Origin: Raillietiella orientalis
Lineage: Eukaryota
Length of the DNA stretch: 64,000 bases
Assembly (NCBI GenBank): GCA_036172245.1
Contig: JAYWIR010000005.1
Location: 2,604,001-2,668,000, forward strand
Reading direction: 5' to 3'
Of the stretch, positions 1 through 13,200 are shown piece by piece (the stretch's first letter is position 1; each line of letters begins with the position of its first letter). The position numbers were made by a program, and so were the translations under genes. Below the pieces are notes generated by a model, which was not told where the DNA came from, did not search any database, and saw only the letters and a program-made list of their open reading frames with translations.

Positions 1-2614
1 AAGTCCCTCGACGAGCCTTTCACGATGGGCGAGATCATCTCGGCCATCGGAAAGCTCAAGAGGCGCAAGGCTCCAGGGGAGGACGGCCTGCCCGCGGAGT
101 TTTATCAAACTTTCGCGGCCGAGCTATCCCCCCTGGTACATCAACTCACCTTGCTGATACGCGAGACAGGTGACGTTCCCGCCTCGTTTCGTTCGGCAAA
201 GGTGCGGCTTCTCCCTAAGGGAGGAGATCTGAGGAGCATGAACAACTGGCGTCCCATCACAATAGTGAATGCGGGGGTCAATTTGATACCAAAGATGTAG
301 TCAGAGCGTCTGAGAAGGGTTGCAAACCCCTTCATCAGCCCGGAACAGACATATGCTGTTCCCGGGCGAAGCATGGAGGCAAACCTGTTCCACGCTTCCA
401 CCTGGCTAGAGCTCCAACAAGAAAGGGGCTTGATGCGCAGCCGGAATTCCTGTGCGTCCGTAGGCAATGGGTCGGATGGTTGGGTGGGGGAGGGAGCCCT
501 TGCGGTCGCAGTCGACTTGCACAAAGCATTCCACTGCGTCGACCAGAAACTCCTGTTGGAGCTTCTGGAATGCTTGGGCTTCTTGGCCTCATTGTTAGCC
601 TATCTGCGCTCCAGCTGGCGCGACGCGTTGATCATTCTTTCTTTCAGCGGGCAGACCGTGCACGGCGTGGCGGAGCGGCGTGGGATACGGCAAGGAGACA
701 GCCTGAGCCCCTTGCTCTTCAGTACCTACTTTGAGTTGCTACTGAGAGCGTACAGGGGAACTCTGGCGCACCTGCCGCACGACTGTCCCGGTACGCCCGC
801 GGTTTCAGCGTACTCGAATGACCTTCTGCTGCTGCTCCCTATGTCCACCCCGGCTGCGGCGGTCGAGGAGTTCTTCGACCTGCTGCATCGGGGAACCGGA
901 CTTACGGTGAACAGGGCGAAGTCGTCCGTGATGTAAGTTGGTGCGGCGTGGGCAGGGCAGTAGGACTGGGCGTGCTTGGAGATCCCCACGGTGAGGTACT
1001 TCAAGTACTTCGATGTTCCGTTAAGGTACTATCCTTCTACGGAAGGGTGGTCCCGCTGCCTCCAGAAACTAGTGATGGCGATCGGCCCGTTCCAATTCGG
1101 CAGGTTCTTTCTGCAGATGTGGGCCGCGGTTTGGAACACATTTGCTGCTCCTCTCCTCCGTACCCTGCTTTTTGTTTGCTTCTCCACAGAGAGGATCAAA
1201 AGGCGGACGAAGGACCTCCTCCGTACCGCCATTTGGGACAACGGGAGGACCCGAGTCCGCTTGAAGGACTTGTTCTCTCCGCGTCGGGAGGGCGGTCTCG
1301 ACCTACTGACGCTGGAGCGGCTGGAGCTTCAGCTCCGGTTCCGGATGTTGGCCGTTGTGCCGGAGTTGTGGGGCAGCTTCTGGTGCGTCCTCGCACGTCT
1401 CCTCGTCAAGGAAGCCGCCGTCAAGGAAGATGGGGCTCACGTCCTTTCTTGCACTCCATCGCAGCCGCATCAACCAATATAGACTCCAGCTGCGGAGGGT
1501 GGCTGACTGGAGTAGAAAAAATTTAGGATGGATCTCCTGTCGCCCCGCGAACGGTAGTGTCCGGTTGCAGAAAACCGTTCGACATGGGCACAGAGCGGCA
1601 TGCAACGTGTCGAACAGGAACGACGGTTCCTGTTCGGACGCTACAGAAGTTGCACGCTTTGAGAGATCCTGGAGGATCCGAATAAGGGAGAGTGGTCAGA
1701 AAGAACCCTCCTCTCTGCTGCGCTGGTCTTCCTCATAAAAGATGTGGACAGCGATTTGCGGCGAAGTCAGTGGTTAAAGTCGAAATTCCCGGAATGGAGA
1801 GGAAGATAGGAGAGTAGAACATCTAGCAGACGCTGCGACTCCGAGTACGCCTCCCCATGGACTTCTGCGCTGAAGCGCGCTGCTCGATGTTCCAGTTGAA
1901 CTTCTGAAGTGTCTCCCAGTGCTAATGAATACCTTCACTCTCCTCTAAAAATGGCAGGAGTCGGCTCTTCTGTTGCAGCACTGGTGACTCCCGTGCAACT
2001 CCCGCCGGCACCATTGGACCTGGGGAGCGGTGAACCCCAATTGTGTTAGGTACGGGGTACGAGCGTCCTTCCCCCACCTCCTTGTGGATTGTGTTGCTCT
2101 CCTGCCCCTTTGGTTACGCTTTGCCGCGGCCATTGGAATCCCCTGCAGCAACCCCAGGGATGCCTTAAAAGCCCTCTTCGTTGCCGTCGCCCTTCGGCCT
2201 GCGGCCTCGTTAGCAGCGCTGTGCTTTCTTCTCGGGATCGTCGCCGCTTGGAGCAAGGCAACGGGAGGACCTTGAGATAAGGGTGCAATCCAGCACGCTG
2301 CCGAATTTTTGAGGTGGGTGTCGCGATGGCTTCACCTGTATCCAAGCCTACAGGAAGAGCTTGCCAGCATCCTGCAAAGGATGCAACGACCCCAGCAGCA
2401 ACAGTGATCCCTTCCCGTACCCTCCCACCTTTTCTTTTACTTTTGTTTAGTTTTTTGTTTATTCCTCTTCCCCCTGCTGCCGTGTACCGTACCGGTCTGC
2501 GAACCGGTGACCCGGCAGGCTCTGTGTTTCTTCGTGAGTAGCTGGAGCACTGGTCCAGCCACAGCGCGTGTTGAAGTTTGTTTTAAATTAAAGCCCCGGC
2601 GTCTCAGGTGAAAA
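1..2614 (+). mobile_element. Degenerate L1/Tx1-like LINE (copy A): RT domain, zf-RVT and structured 3' UTR; 5' part lies outside the window
   Basis: Broken ORFs carry non-LTR RT motifs: KAPGEDGLPAEFY and NNWRPIT (25-300); VAVDLHKAF, RGIRQGDSLSPLLF, AYSND (degenerate YADD) and GLTVNRAKS (373-936); EGGLDL (976-1482); zf-RVT-like NCVRYGVRASFPHLLVDC (2030-2275). T-rich 3' UTR with ATTAAA at 2587-2592. Many stops and frameshifts. Confidence 0.9.
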
Positions 2615-4990
2615 TCGAGTGCCTTTGGCAAATCTATTACGACCACAGAGGGCATCCGGCGACTCCGACTCAACATGGCCTCCTGATCCCTAACCATCTT
2701 TCAACTCAGGATTCGTTTGACCGACTGGCACAACTTTTTGTTGCAACCGAAGCCATGAGCTGACCAGGAACAGATTGGTTTCAACACTTCGTCCAGGAAC
2801 AAATTGCGTCTACTCCTTACTGATGAACGTTCCCGCCAACCGTCCCAGGCGTTCAATCCTTAGCTCCGGGAGCAGCTTGGCGTTTGTGTTGATTACGGTA
2901 ATCGGACGGAAGTTGCTTATCTTTCGGTGGACTCCTTTGGAAGGAGACATACTCTTGCTTATGGGAAGGAGGCAGACATCTTGCCTGTCTCCTGAATCAT
3001 CGTGCATATGCCACACACTAATGGGGTCAGCTCTGTTGCGAAACACTGTTCGAATATCGTCACCTGGTTCCTTCCTCTTCTTGAGCTTGCTGATGGCGGA
3101 TATCTCTCCCGTCGTGAACGGCTCTGTCAAGAGATCCCTCGTGACGCTTCCCTGATCACGGGAACGCCTTCAAGCAGCAATCGCTCTGTGAAATCGCATT
3201 CCGGTGGTACTTTCGCGTACAAGGAGGAGTCAAATTGGTGAGCCATGCATCATTCTACTGCCAAGGACCTGCGCTCTTGGTCCTGGTCGTGCATTAAGCT
3301 GGTCATCCTGGACTGTCCGACTTGTTATACAGCCCTGGCTTTCATCTCTGCCAGACGACGAACGTCTGGTCTTTTTTGCCAGCACCGAGCTTTGAGATAC
3401 GGGCGCTCGTTGAGCAATCTCTAAGCAAACCCGGCGAGGAGGCGGCCTACAGAGAAGCTCGTGCAGAACTCTCGAACCAAGCGCTTCGTATCGTCTCAGT
3501 CTTTGAGTTGCTGCACATTTACCTCTCGCAGGAATTTGAGGAGGTGTTTCGCAGCCTGCGGGAGATGGACTCAATCCCATGGTAGGCGCCACGTTGGAAC
3601 CTTTTCCGCGTGGGAGTAGTTCCAGCGCAATGCGGTCGTGGTCCGACAACGTCGTTCGCGCCTTTCCACAATACCTGACCCGCAAGCGCTGGTGGTTGTC
3701 GCGGAAAACATGATCGATGATGTCTTTCATGCCGATGAGCCTGCTCAGCAAGTAGCACGTATGCACTGCTGCACACAGCTCGTTAACCAGGTTGATCTGG
3801 TCTCTAGCCTTTCCTGAAAGCAGAGGGAGGTTCAAATTTCTTGCTATCAGGTGGGCTTTCCTCGCGCTTGCTTCCACCAACCATTCGCGCTTCAGGGCTT
3901 GAAGAATCTGATCCTCTCCGCGCTTATGTTGCAGCCGCTTGGTACCTTCAAGACGAGGTCGATCGACTCGGACCATTTGAGAATATGCTCGATTTTCTTC
4001 GTTGAACTCAACATCTCGTACCTCACTCTCCACGGTTGGTTTCAGCAAAAAGGCGACCCCTCACGAGTGCGTCGAGCCGCAATTCCGATGCAGCTTGCCG
4101 CCTACGATCAATTCAGTGTCCTGGATTTATTCTGCAGAAATCTTTTCGATTTCTTCCAGAAGCACCAGGTCGAAAGGTCAAAAGGAGGTGGCTGCGTCTT
4201 GTCTCCTGCCTCGCCACGCAACCCGTTACATTCCAGCTGGCTACATGCTCATGTAGTCTCCGACAGGAGCCAAGCTCACGTTACTTCTGACATGTCGGTG
4301 CTGCGGTTCCCACCTGCTGCTAAGGCGGACTCCATTCCGTGGAGGACTCCCGGAAAAAAATCTGTATCCTCTCGACTTCCGGAGCCGATGCATTCTTTCC
4401 TTGTGGAAATGCATCCTTCCACGGGGCCTTGGGCGTCTTTAAGGCGGTTTCCGTTGCTTCCGCTTCTCCGTTCATGCTTATCTTATCCGGTTGGTTTCGG
4501 AAGTCATGCTGAGATTATACTGAAGTTGTCCTCCGCGAGACGCCTCATGGCCTTTTTTTTTTGTGGCCTTTTATTTTCAAGGATGTTGAAGTATCAACCT
4601 TCTCCGAAGAGATGGCAGCAGCGTTGCAACGACCTTCGTTGCTGTTAATCAGTTTGACGATTACGCTTTCCATGGCTGCGTTTGCGACGTTTTCGATCGT
4701 CGCCTCGATCGCGCCAATCTGTTGAAGCGTCCTTCGACTTGCAGTCCTTCGACTGCTTAGCAATCGCTCTCGCGTTGCCGCGACTTTTTTCGTTTTGGGG
4801 AGGTTTTCTTCCTTTCTTTTTTGTTGTTGCCACTTGCCATCCCGCTTGATCGGTCATTTCTTCCCCTCTTCTGGAAGTTTGTTCCGATGAATTCTGGTTT
4901 GGCTTAGGTGGACATCTTTGCTTCCTCCCTTTGCTTCCGTTCTCTCCCTCACACCACCTCTTCGGTTTTGCGCTCGGAGGAAAGCTACAC
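2610..4990 (-). mobile_element. Degenerate L1-clade LINE: 5' UTR, ORF1-like leader, APE endonuclease and N-terminal RT, cut off by copy A
   Basis: Minus strand: ATG at 4857 (MTDQAGWQVATTKKKGRK); frameshifted APE start VASWNV(N)GLRG (4244-4214); FDLVLLEEIE (4174-4145); TLSDHDRI (about 3649-3632); RT EPFTTGEISAISKLKKRKEPGDD and NFRPITVINTNAKLL (2810-3130); VVIDLPKALD ends at the 3' end of copy A. Confidence 0.85.
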
Positions 4991-7900
4991 AGGGAACGAG
5001 GCTCTGCACGAGCGTGTGGTGTCGCAGTATGGCGGGAAAGGTGCGTAGCGTTCGCTCCAACAAGGAAGGGCGGAATCGGCCAACTTGTTCTCAAGTGGTT
5101 GGATTCAGTCGATTTTGTCGTGACGGACATCTACGCGCCGAGCGGCTTGCATCGGCGGGCCGAACGGATGGAGTTCTTCGGCGTGTTGGCTCGCTATCTG
5201 CGGAGCCAGGGTGCCGCATCTTGTAGCAGAAGACTTCAACGTCCGCCAGTTTTCCAGAGAAAACTGTTCCCTGGAGGGAAAGACGCGGGGGAACGCGATA
5301 TGCGCGTCCATGAACGCACGTTACTTGCTCGCCAGCAAACCTAGAATTAAAGGGTCCGTGGAAAAAATCTGCCTTTATGAGCACCTGCTTCCACGAGAGG
5401 GAAGGAGAGCAATCCACGATCTCCGACCATTCCAAGCTGGAGTTGTACGCACTTTTGAACAACGTTTGGAGGATACTAAAGGACTGGCTGAGCCATCCAG
5501 AGGTGGCGGAGCATTTTCGCCAGTACCTCCATGACTTCACCATTCGGGAACTCGCGGACTGGAACGATCTGAAAAGATGGGTCCTAGAGTTTTGCTACCG
5601 ATCTTGCTTACACCTGCTTGTCTGAGGTTTTGGAGAAAACGTGGCCAACGGCAGAGCGTTTCTGCAGGCCTGCACTTTCTTCCGAAGGTCCGGAGCCTCG
5701 TGGAGTACAAAGCGAGAGCTGAGCGCCAGATTCTGGAGCTGCTAGCCCGCCCGAAGACCAGGGCCAAGACCAATGGTCGGTCCCTGACGATGTGCGCCGA
5801 GCAGTATGACGTTACTACTCCTCGTTGTACGCGGAGGCGCAGACCGAACGCAGTCTTTCCGAGCTGCCTCTGCCGACGGGTACCCCTGCTGTCGACGAGG
5901 AGGAACGCGCGCGTCTCGACGATCCCTTCACGGTGAAGGAAATCTCTTCCACCATCGCGGGGCGTAAGAAGCGGAAAGCGCCAGGCGAGGATGGCCTGCC
6001 CTCGAAGTTCTTCCCGTGCTTAGCGAGAGTGCTCATCCGCCTGGCGCTGAGCCTCTCGACGCTGATGATGTCCCTGCTTCCATCCGCTCAGCGAGAGTAA
6101 GTCCTCGGTCGAAAGGCGGAGACTTGCGCCACCTCGACAACTGGCGTCCGATCACCCTCGTGGATTTGGACGTAAAGTTGTTCTCGAAGCTGTGGGTCGC
6201 GCAGCTAGGGAGGATTGCCGAGTCCTTGGTGAACCTGGAGCAGACGCATGCTGTTCCTGGGCGTTCCATGGATGCGAACCTCCTTTCGGGCTTTCCTGGT
6301 TTCAGCTTCAGGAACGCATTGAGTCGGACGGTCGCACAGCAGCGAGAGCTCCTGTGACTGCAAGCGCTAGTGCTGACAGACGAAAGGCCGGAAGTCTTGG
6401 TAGTCACAGTTGATCTGCACAAAAAGCTCAACTGCGTCAACCAGAAACTCTTCATGGAGCCTCTGGTGCTCTTCATCCTGCCGACCCACCTCTTTTTGTA
6501 CCTGCGCTTCTGCTGGCGCAACGCGTCAATGAACTTTTATTTCAGCGGTTCTCATGCGTACGGCATCGCCGTACACAGAGGTATCATCCAGGGCGACAGC
6601 TGCTCTTCAGCATCTAATTCGAGTTGGTACAGAGAGCATACATGCTGACGCTGGCCAACTTGCTGAGCTTCTGCCTGTGCACACCGTCCGTGGCAACCTA
6701 TGCAGATGGCCTGTTCTCCTGCCGCCCAAGATCACCCTGGCAGCAATGCTCGAGGACTTCGAACTGATCCGCCGGGATGTGGGTATGAGCGTCAACAGGA
6801 CGAAGTGCACGGTCGTGATAGTGGGTGCGTAGTGGGAGAAGTATCCCGACTGGAACCGCTTGAGGATTCCCACACACGGGTACTCCAAGTACCTTGGCGT
6901 TCCGTTGGGCGAATTCTGCTCGTCATAAGCGTGGTCGGCTTGCCTCCAAAAGGCAGGGATGACTCTCAGCCCGCTCCTCGACGACAATTTCGTCTTGCCG
7001 GAGCGGATCTCCAACTGGAACACTTTTGTTGATCTTCTCTTCTGTTTCTCATTTTTTGTTTGTCCAACCCCTCATTCGGTGAAGACCCGGGCGCAATGCC
7101 TCCTAAGTAAGGCCTTATGAGGCGCTGGAAGGTCCCGGAACCGCTTGAAAGAGTTGGCAGCTCCATGCAGGGACTCTGGCTTGGGCATCTCGATCATCGA
7201 GAAGATCGAACTGCAGGTGCAATTCCGACGTCTCTCTCTGTGTGGAAATTTGTGGCTTTCCCATTAGTATGCTCCAGCAAGCCACATCCTCCGCCGATGC
7301 GTTCGGGGCGCAGGACTTTTTTCGCTGCTGCCGCGTAACCTACGCCGAAGGACTGGATTCGGCTACCCCCTGGAGCATCTGTCCTTCCTACTGTTAGTCC
7401 ATCCATAGATCTCCTGCTGCCCCATAAACTGGAATGCCTGGCGACAGGAGGTTCTGGAGTCCTGGGTTGCCACTTTGGAAATGGACCCAGAGCTACTGCG
7501 ACTGCTACAGGATCTCTTACGCAAACCGCTGGGAGATCTGCAGATTGGACACAGTGGACCCGAATAGTTGTCACTCCCCAAGGCGCAGGACAAGCAATGA
7601 CAGCACCCAACCGGCAAGGCTGGAATTCTCCTGCAACATTGCAGGAGTTGAAAAACTCCCGAAGGTCTGCAAGACAGGCGAGCTGGTGAACGCCGCCATT
7701 CCTTGTTTCCGGGCAAAGGGACTTCTTTAGTGGAGTGGACTGGCCTGCTTGATGTGCCCCCGGAAAACTTGTTGTTCCTTTCTTTTGCGTGGACACCTCC
7801 GTGTTCCCGTTAAGATGGAAACACGATGTGCGACTGTTTCGGCACTGGGGATTCCAGTGCAATCAGCACAGACACCTGGCTTCCAGAGCAGTTTCCTCCC

Positions 7901-8460
7901 CGGAGTGTCCAGGTGCGAAGGGCACATTCCCGCACTTTTTGTTGGACTGCGATGCCCTCGAAGACTTGTGGCCTAGACTCGCTTCGACTTTCCGTAGACC
8001 GCAGGACACTGCAAGGGACTTGCTGAGGCGATTTTTCACAGAAAAGGGCTGAAGAAGGGCTCTGTGATCTCATGGGTTGCATCCTCGCCATAGTAACTGT
8101 CCACCTTGTGCTGGAATAAAGTTCCGTGGCGAAGAGAGACCGCCAGCATAGCAACAGCCCTCATATGGACAGCATCAAGGTAACATCACCTGACAGAACA
8201 AATCTCTAGGGGGATCGCTACCATCCGCAGCTGCTTCTAGAAATTAAGGAACGTCTCATACCAAAGAGCTTTGTGCCCACCATCTCTTCTTTTTTTATTT
8301 ATTCATCGTCCCCTCCCTTCGTTCCCTACTTCTGAAAAGCCGGACTGAGTGCCAGTGGTTATCCCAGATAAACTTTTTATTTTTGGCATTCCTTGTTTTT
8401 AAGGAGATCCTTTTTGTTCCCTCTTCTTTGTTTTATTTTGTTTTTGGTTTTTGAAATAAA
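4990..8460 (+). mobile_element. Degenerate L1/Tx1-like LINE ORF2 (copy B): APE, RT, zf-RVT, 3' UTR
   Basis: VTDIYAPSG...RMEFF, AEDFN and TISDHSKL (APE, 4990-5440); DPFTVKEI...KAPGEDGLPSKFF, LDNWRPITLVDLDVKLFSK, VTVDLHK, RGIIQGD, GMSVNRTK (RT, 5900-6830); ECPGAKGTFPHFLLDC (zf-RVT, about 7900-7950). T-rich tail ending in AATAAA at 8455-8460. Confidence 0.9.
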
Positions 8461-8462
8461 TG

Positions 8463-10200
8463 TCACCGCGTAACCGGGTTCGAACCTTGTGCTTTCACTT
8501 CAAAGGCAACACCGAAGTGTTCCAACAAAAAAGGGGGGACTACTAGTTTCTTGGAGGGCGCACTCAAAAGTTCGCTCCACCGAAGTAGTCCTTTCTCCCG
8601 GGAACAAGGAGTAGCAGCATCCACCAGAACGTCGCGTCCATCCAAACATCCAGGAGCTTTGTGATTTCCGCAATGGTGAAGAATTCCCCGCCCTGCCGGT
8701 GGACAGCTGTCGTTACCACCGGCAGGAGTTATCCCGGATGAGAAGCTTCTTCTGGAGCTCTTGGGACGCATGGGATTTTACGGCCGACTTCCTGGACTAC
8801 CTGCGCTCCTGCTGGCGCTTCACCATGATAAACATCACTTTCAGCGGCCGGCATGTGTAATGCGTGCCGGTTTGACGTGGCATAAGGCAGGGTGACAGCC
8901 TCAGCCCCCTGCTCTTTAGCATCTATTTCGAGCTGGTGCTACGAGCATACAGGGAGACTTTGGCAACCCTGCCGAACTCGTATCCCGGCACGCCCGCCGT
9001 GTCGGCCTACGCAGACGATCTTCTGCTGCTGCTCCCCGGGTCCACCCGGCTTCCGCTCTCGAGAAGTTTTCCGAGTTGCTACGCTGCGGGACGGGCCTGG
9101 AGGTGATCAGGACATCAGGGAGTGTGGATGCCAATTGTGCAGGGTGCGGGGAAAGGGAAACCTTCCCCCACCTCCTCATCGAGTGTGTCGCCTTCCGTCC
9201 CATGTGGGATCGACTCTCGTCGATTCTGAACATTCCGTTGGACGACTCAAAAGGCATTTTCCGTCGCCTCCTGATACGGGATGCCCTGCCAGCAGCCGCG
9301 TGTGTGGCAGTTCTCTGCTGCATACGCGGAATCCTGGAGAAGTGGACTGCGTCGAGGAGAGGACAAGCCAGAACGCCATTCACTGGGCAGTCCTCTCCAT
9401 GGAGAAGGCTTCCCGATGGCTCCGGTTGAGGACAATTCTACCGGCACTTGCCCGCATCCGAAACCGGATGCAGAGGACTTCTCGCGGCGATCAGTGATTC
9501 CATCCCTTCCCTCCCCATCCCATAAACTTTGTCCCCCCCGGCGTTTTTGTTTTTTTGCTCTTTTTGGGGGGGGTTTCCCGCCCTTTTTGCCCGTGTAGAG
9601 GACCTCACCGGTCTGCGGATCGGCAAGGTCAAGTGCCACAAGACAGTCAGAACCATGTGTTCTGACTGGAAAAAAACAAGAAAAAGACTTTATCATAAAG
9701 TTTCTTGTAAAATTTTAATAAGAAAGTCCCCGGTTTCTCCGGGTGAAAAACTGTCGTTTCCATCCAGCCGGTCGATCTTGTGAGCTCCAGCTCACCATTC
9801 CCTGGAAGGCAGGGAATTCCCAGATACGTTCCGGCGCACGGGACTTTGAACGTGCATCGATGTCAAAATCCTCGAAGCACTTGCGAGTTTTCGAACCTTG
9901 GAAGGAAGCCGTTGGCGAGGAATGTTCCGTTACTAACGAACGACATCACCGTGGAGACTTTCTGACTTCGGGAAAAAAAATCCGCGAGCTGCCGCAATGG
10001 TGTCGCGTGGACGAGAAAGCAAAATAGCTTTTAGAAGACCGCTCCAGGTTAGAAATGGCCCGGGAGAGTGCGGCGTTTGCGGAAACATCCGGATCCACTC
10101 TTCAGAATGAGGCGCTCCTTTTGCGAATGGGAATCGCTGGGAAAATCAGTTCCCCATGGCATTCGAAGGGAAGCTGCGTTTACCTACTCGAGCAGAAGAT
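8463..10200 (-). mobile_element. Older minus-strand LINE fragment (post-RT region), interrupted by copy C
   Basis: 8470-8630 aligns by eye to the reverse complement of copy B 7680-7850. Weaker similarity to the post-RT region continues after 9751. The right boundary is approximate. Confidence 0.5.
8721..9750 (+). mobile_element. 5'-truncated, internally deleted LINE (copy C) with intact YADD, zf-RVT and structured 3' tail
   Basis: GIRQGDSLSPLLF, then SAYADDLLLLL (YADD at 9008-9019). GTGLEVIRT is fused directly to NCAGCGERETFPHLLIEC. Degenerate TSD: ctgtcgttaccacc (8707-8720) and ctgtcgtttccatc (9751-9764). Confidence 0.85.
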
Positions 10201-13200
10201 CCTCCTTATCGCTGAATTCTCATGATTTTGGTTTCCCAACAGCAGCATCTAACCCATGCAAGAGTTGCGATTCCGGTTTTACCTGCTGTGCTCTTAAAGT
10301 TATTTATAGTTCCGAAAGTAATAATTTATCAGTGCATTTGCTAATTATTTCACGTGTGTTTCGATGCGTGGGGTTCTTCGAAGGTTTTCTCCCTGTGTTA
10401 CAGATGATCCTGGAAATGCTGAGAAACAAGCTGATCGAAAAATACCGAAACGCGGATTCGAGTTGCTGTACACGGAAATAAACGAGCAGCCTGGACATGG
10501 GAAAGTTTACTGAGAAGCCAGAGTGAAATTTCGAATTGCCTTCTTAAGATGCAAGTAATGGACACAGTTGCCTGATCAGTGTCAGATTCAGGACAAGTTC
10601 TTTTATATATATATATATACATATATATGTCCCTAGTTTTCTCCCTAGCCATGTCACCGACTGGCACCTTGAATTCCTTCCATCATTTCTGCGCTGTATG
10701 CTCTGATGTGCCTTGTTAATTTCTGCTATAATAGTCTTTGATCTTGTTCTTCGTGAGGTGATCGAATTTCTGCAACGGCAATGCATTGATGTCGAGGGCG
10801 CCCGAGGTTCTTGAAAGCAGTCCCGAATTATTTCATTCTCTTTCTCTCGACTTGAGAACATCCGAAAGCATCCGCTGCGGGCAAGCGGGAAACTGCTTTC
10901 ATCTGCCGCAATCACATCTCGATGAGCGTCTACACTGGGTTCCAGGAGCGACTCGAGATTCCCGCTTCCCGTTTTCGCTTCACATTAGTTCCCGCGTTGG
11001 TGTTGCGCTATGCATCCTTGCACGCCCACTGAAGCAAGCTGAGGCCCCTTGAGACCTCGGCTACGAATTATGTTGAGTTCTCAGTCCTGTATTACCTGTG
11101 GTACTGGAGCAGCGGGATTAGGTCTCCCATGATCAGTGGCTGATGCTATTATTTGGGTGGAGTTTGGATTACATCAAGGAGCCACGGGTTTCTTTCCCCA
11201 TTTCTTCGATTTTTTTTTCTTTTTGCTCCTGAATTCGGTCAGCGTCTCCTCCAGGAATGCGAGTCATTTCTGGAAGTCTGCGCAGCGCACACGTTGTTGT
11301 TTTTTTTTCTTTTTTTTCCACCTCCGTTTTGTTGGTGTCCACGTGGAGAGCATCTGTCTGCCCTGTGCGATGGACGCCTGTGTGCCCTGTGTTGCCAAGC
11401 TTTGCCGCCAGTCCGCCAGGAAACGAAGGTTCCCCGCCAACCATCAACATCAATACTTCGGAAGGGAATCTTTCACACCCTCCCTCACCGGAGCACACGT
11501 CGATTTTAAGGGGAGGTTCCATCCTCTCGATCGAGAAAATTGTCCTTAATCATCAAGTGAGACCTTCTTTGATCTTTCGTCCAGTTTTCATTTTGGAAAG
11601 GCTTCCTCTTGAGTAAAGAACTTCAAACTTCAAACGCAACTGAGGATGTGACGCGAAATTTGAAAGGTGGATGGACAATAAAGGGAAAGATTGATTCCAG
11701 TCCCGTTTTTTTCGTTTTTTTTTTTTTCCTTACTTTCTTGAAAGATTAAAAATGACATGAAATGTTTTCAAGAATTGTTGAGATAAAGTCTGGTTCACTT
11801 CAGTGACATTTATGACCTTCGTCCACTCGACTAGTGGAAAAAACTTCATGCACTGGAAATTTGCAATGGAAACTCCGGGTCTCGCCGCCTTCTTCGGCGG
11901 AAGGAAGGAGAGACGGCGGGAGAAAGGAGTGCCTGAACGTTTTGCCGAACAGGAACCAGCGTGCGAATTCCCTGCTGGGAAACGAGCAGCAAACGCAGGG
12001 AGCGCGGGAAGAAGAAGAAGAAGAGAAAAAAAACATTCTCACTTTTCTTTCTTCATCCTGGATGCAGGCAGCATTCGCCTCTCGAAGCCGGAACTTACGT
12101 GGGGGAGGGGGGGGGCGGCGGTCAAAGAGCAGGAGGCTTTCCAGGACTCCCTCCGGCCGGAACGAGGAGTTTTGCGGGCTGACTCAGACGGTTGTGAGAA
12201 GGAAAACGCAAAACCGTTCGCATTGCCCTTTCGCTGACACCTCCAGCAAATCGGCGGGACGACCTGCTATGGGTGCGAAGGGATCCCGGCTCGCAGCTGC
12301 AGGGATCGATCGAGGTCCACCTCTCATCAGCGAAGAACGCAGAAACGCGGATGCCAAATTCGGGGAAGCGGAAACCCGAGATCGACAAACGTCAACCCCG
12401 CCGCTCCCGAAATCAAATCGATAAATCGGTGAAGAGTGTTTGTTCGACGGCCGCGAGTTATCTCGTTCTGAGGGTGAGCCTAACGCAACCGCCTGTCAAT
12501 GAGGCAATTTAAAAATAGATCCTCTGCTGATCTTTCGGATTCGAGATAAAAATTCGGAGTTTGCTTTCCCACCAAAATACGCCTCTTTTCTACACAAATC
12601 GGTTTCGAAAAATTATTTATACCTTGCTCGTGCATATAATTGGATCATGAGTCACTCGCTCGTGCGTCATTAGTGACCTCACGCTCCCTGAGAAAACCCT
12701 CGCAAGACCTCGGTGACGGTGTGATCATCCGTGGCTGCTGCCACGCGCGCGATCCCTCAAAAGCTCCGGAAAGAGAGACCGTCGATGAAGACCCGGGGAC
12801 CAGAATTTCCTGGGAGACGCGTTTGAAAGAGGCACTTCGCTCCCCGTCAAAAAGCGAAGACGTGGGAGGGGATGTACGGGTTCAAATGCACGCGGCAGAA
12901 AATAAGCGAGCGACGCAGGAGATCCATTTCCAGGAGGAAAGGGGGAAGAAACGTGTAAGGAAAGGTATCTTTGTTTTTAGATAAATAAATCTGTATCAAT
13001 TAACCGAGGAATCCTACGCAGACGAGGAGGAAAAAAAAGTGAAAGAGAAAGAGACGTTCGAGTAGGTTGCCAAGCAAAAACTCACTGGGCGGGTCCATAG
13101 GTCAGTTCAGAGAACCGCAGACGATTTCCAGTTGGGTGCATTCTTCCACCCGAAACCGTCTGGATGTACAGACATGTTCTCGAAGCTTCTCCTTCTTTTA

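Noticed and set aside
3851..4648. 265-aa + strand ORF as a gene
   Set aside because: Antisense to the minus-strand LINE leader and endonuclease; no domain features.
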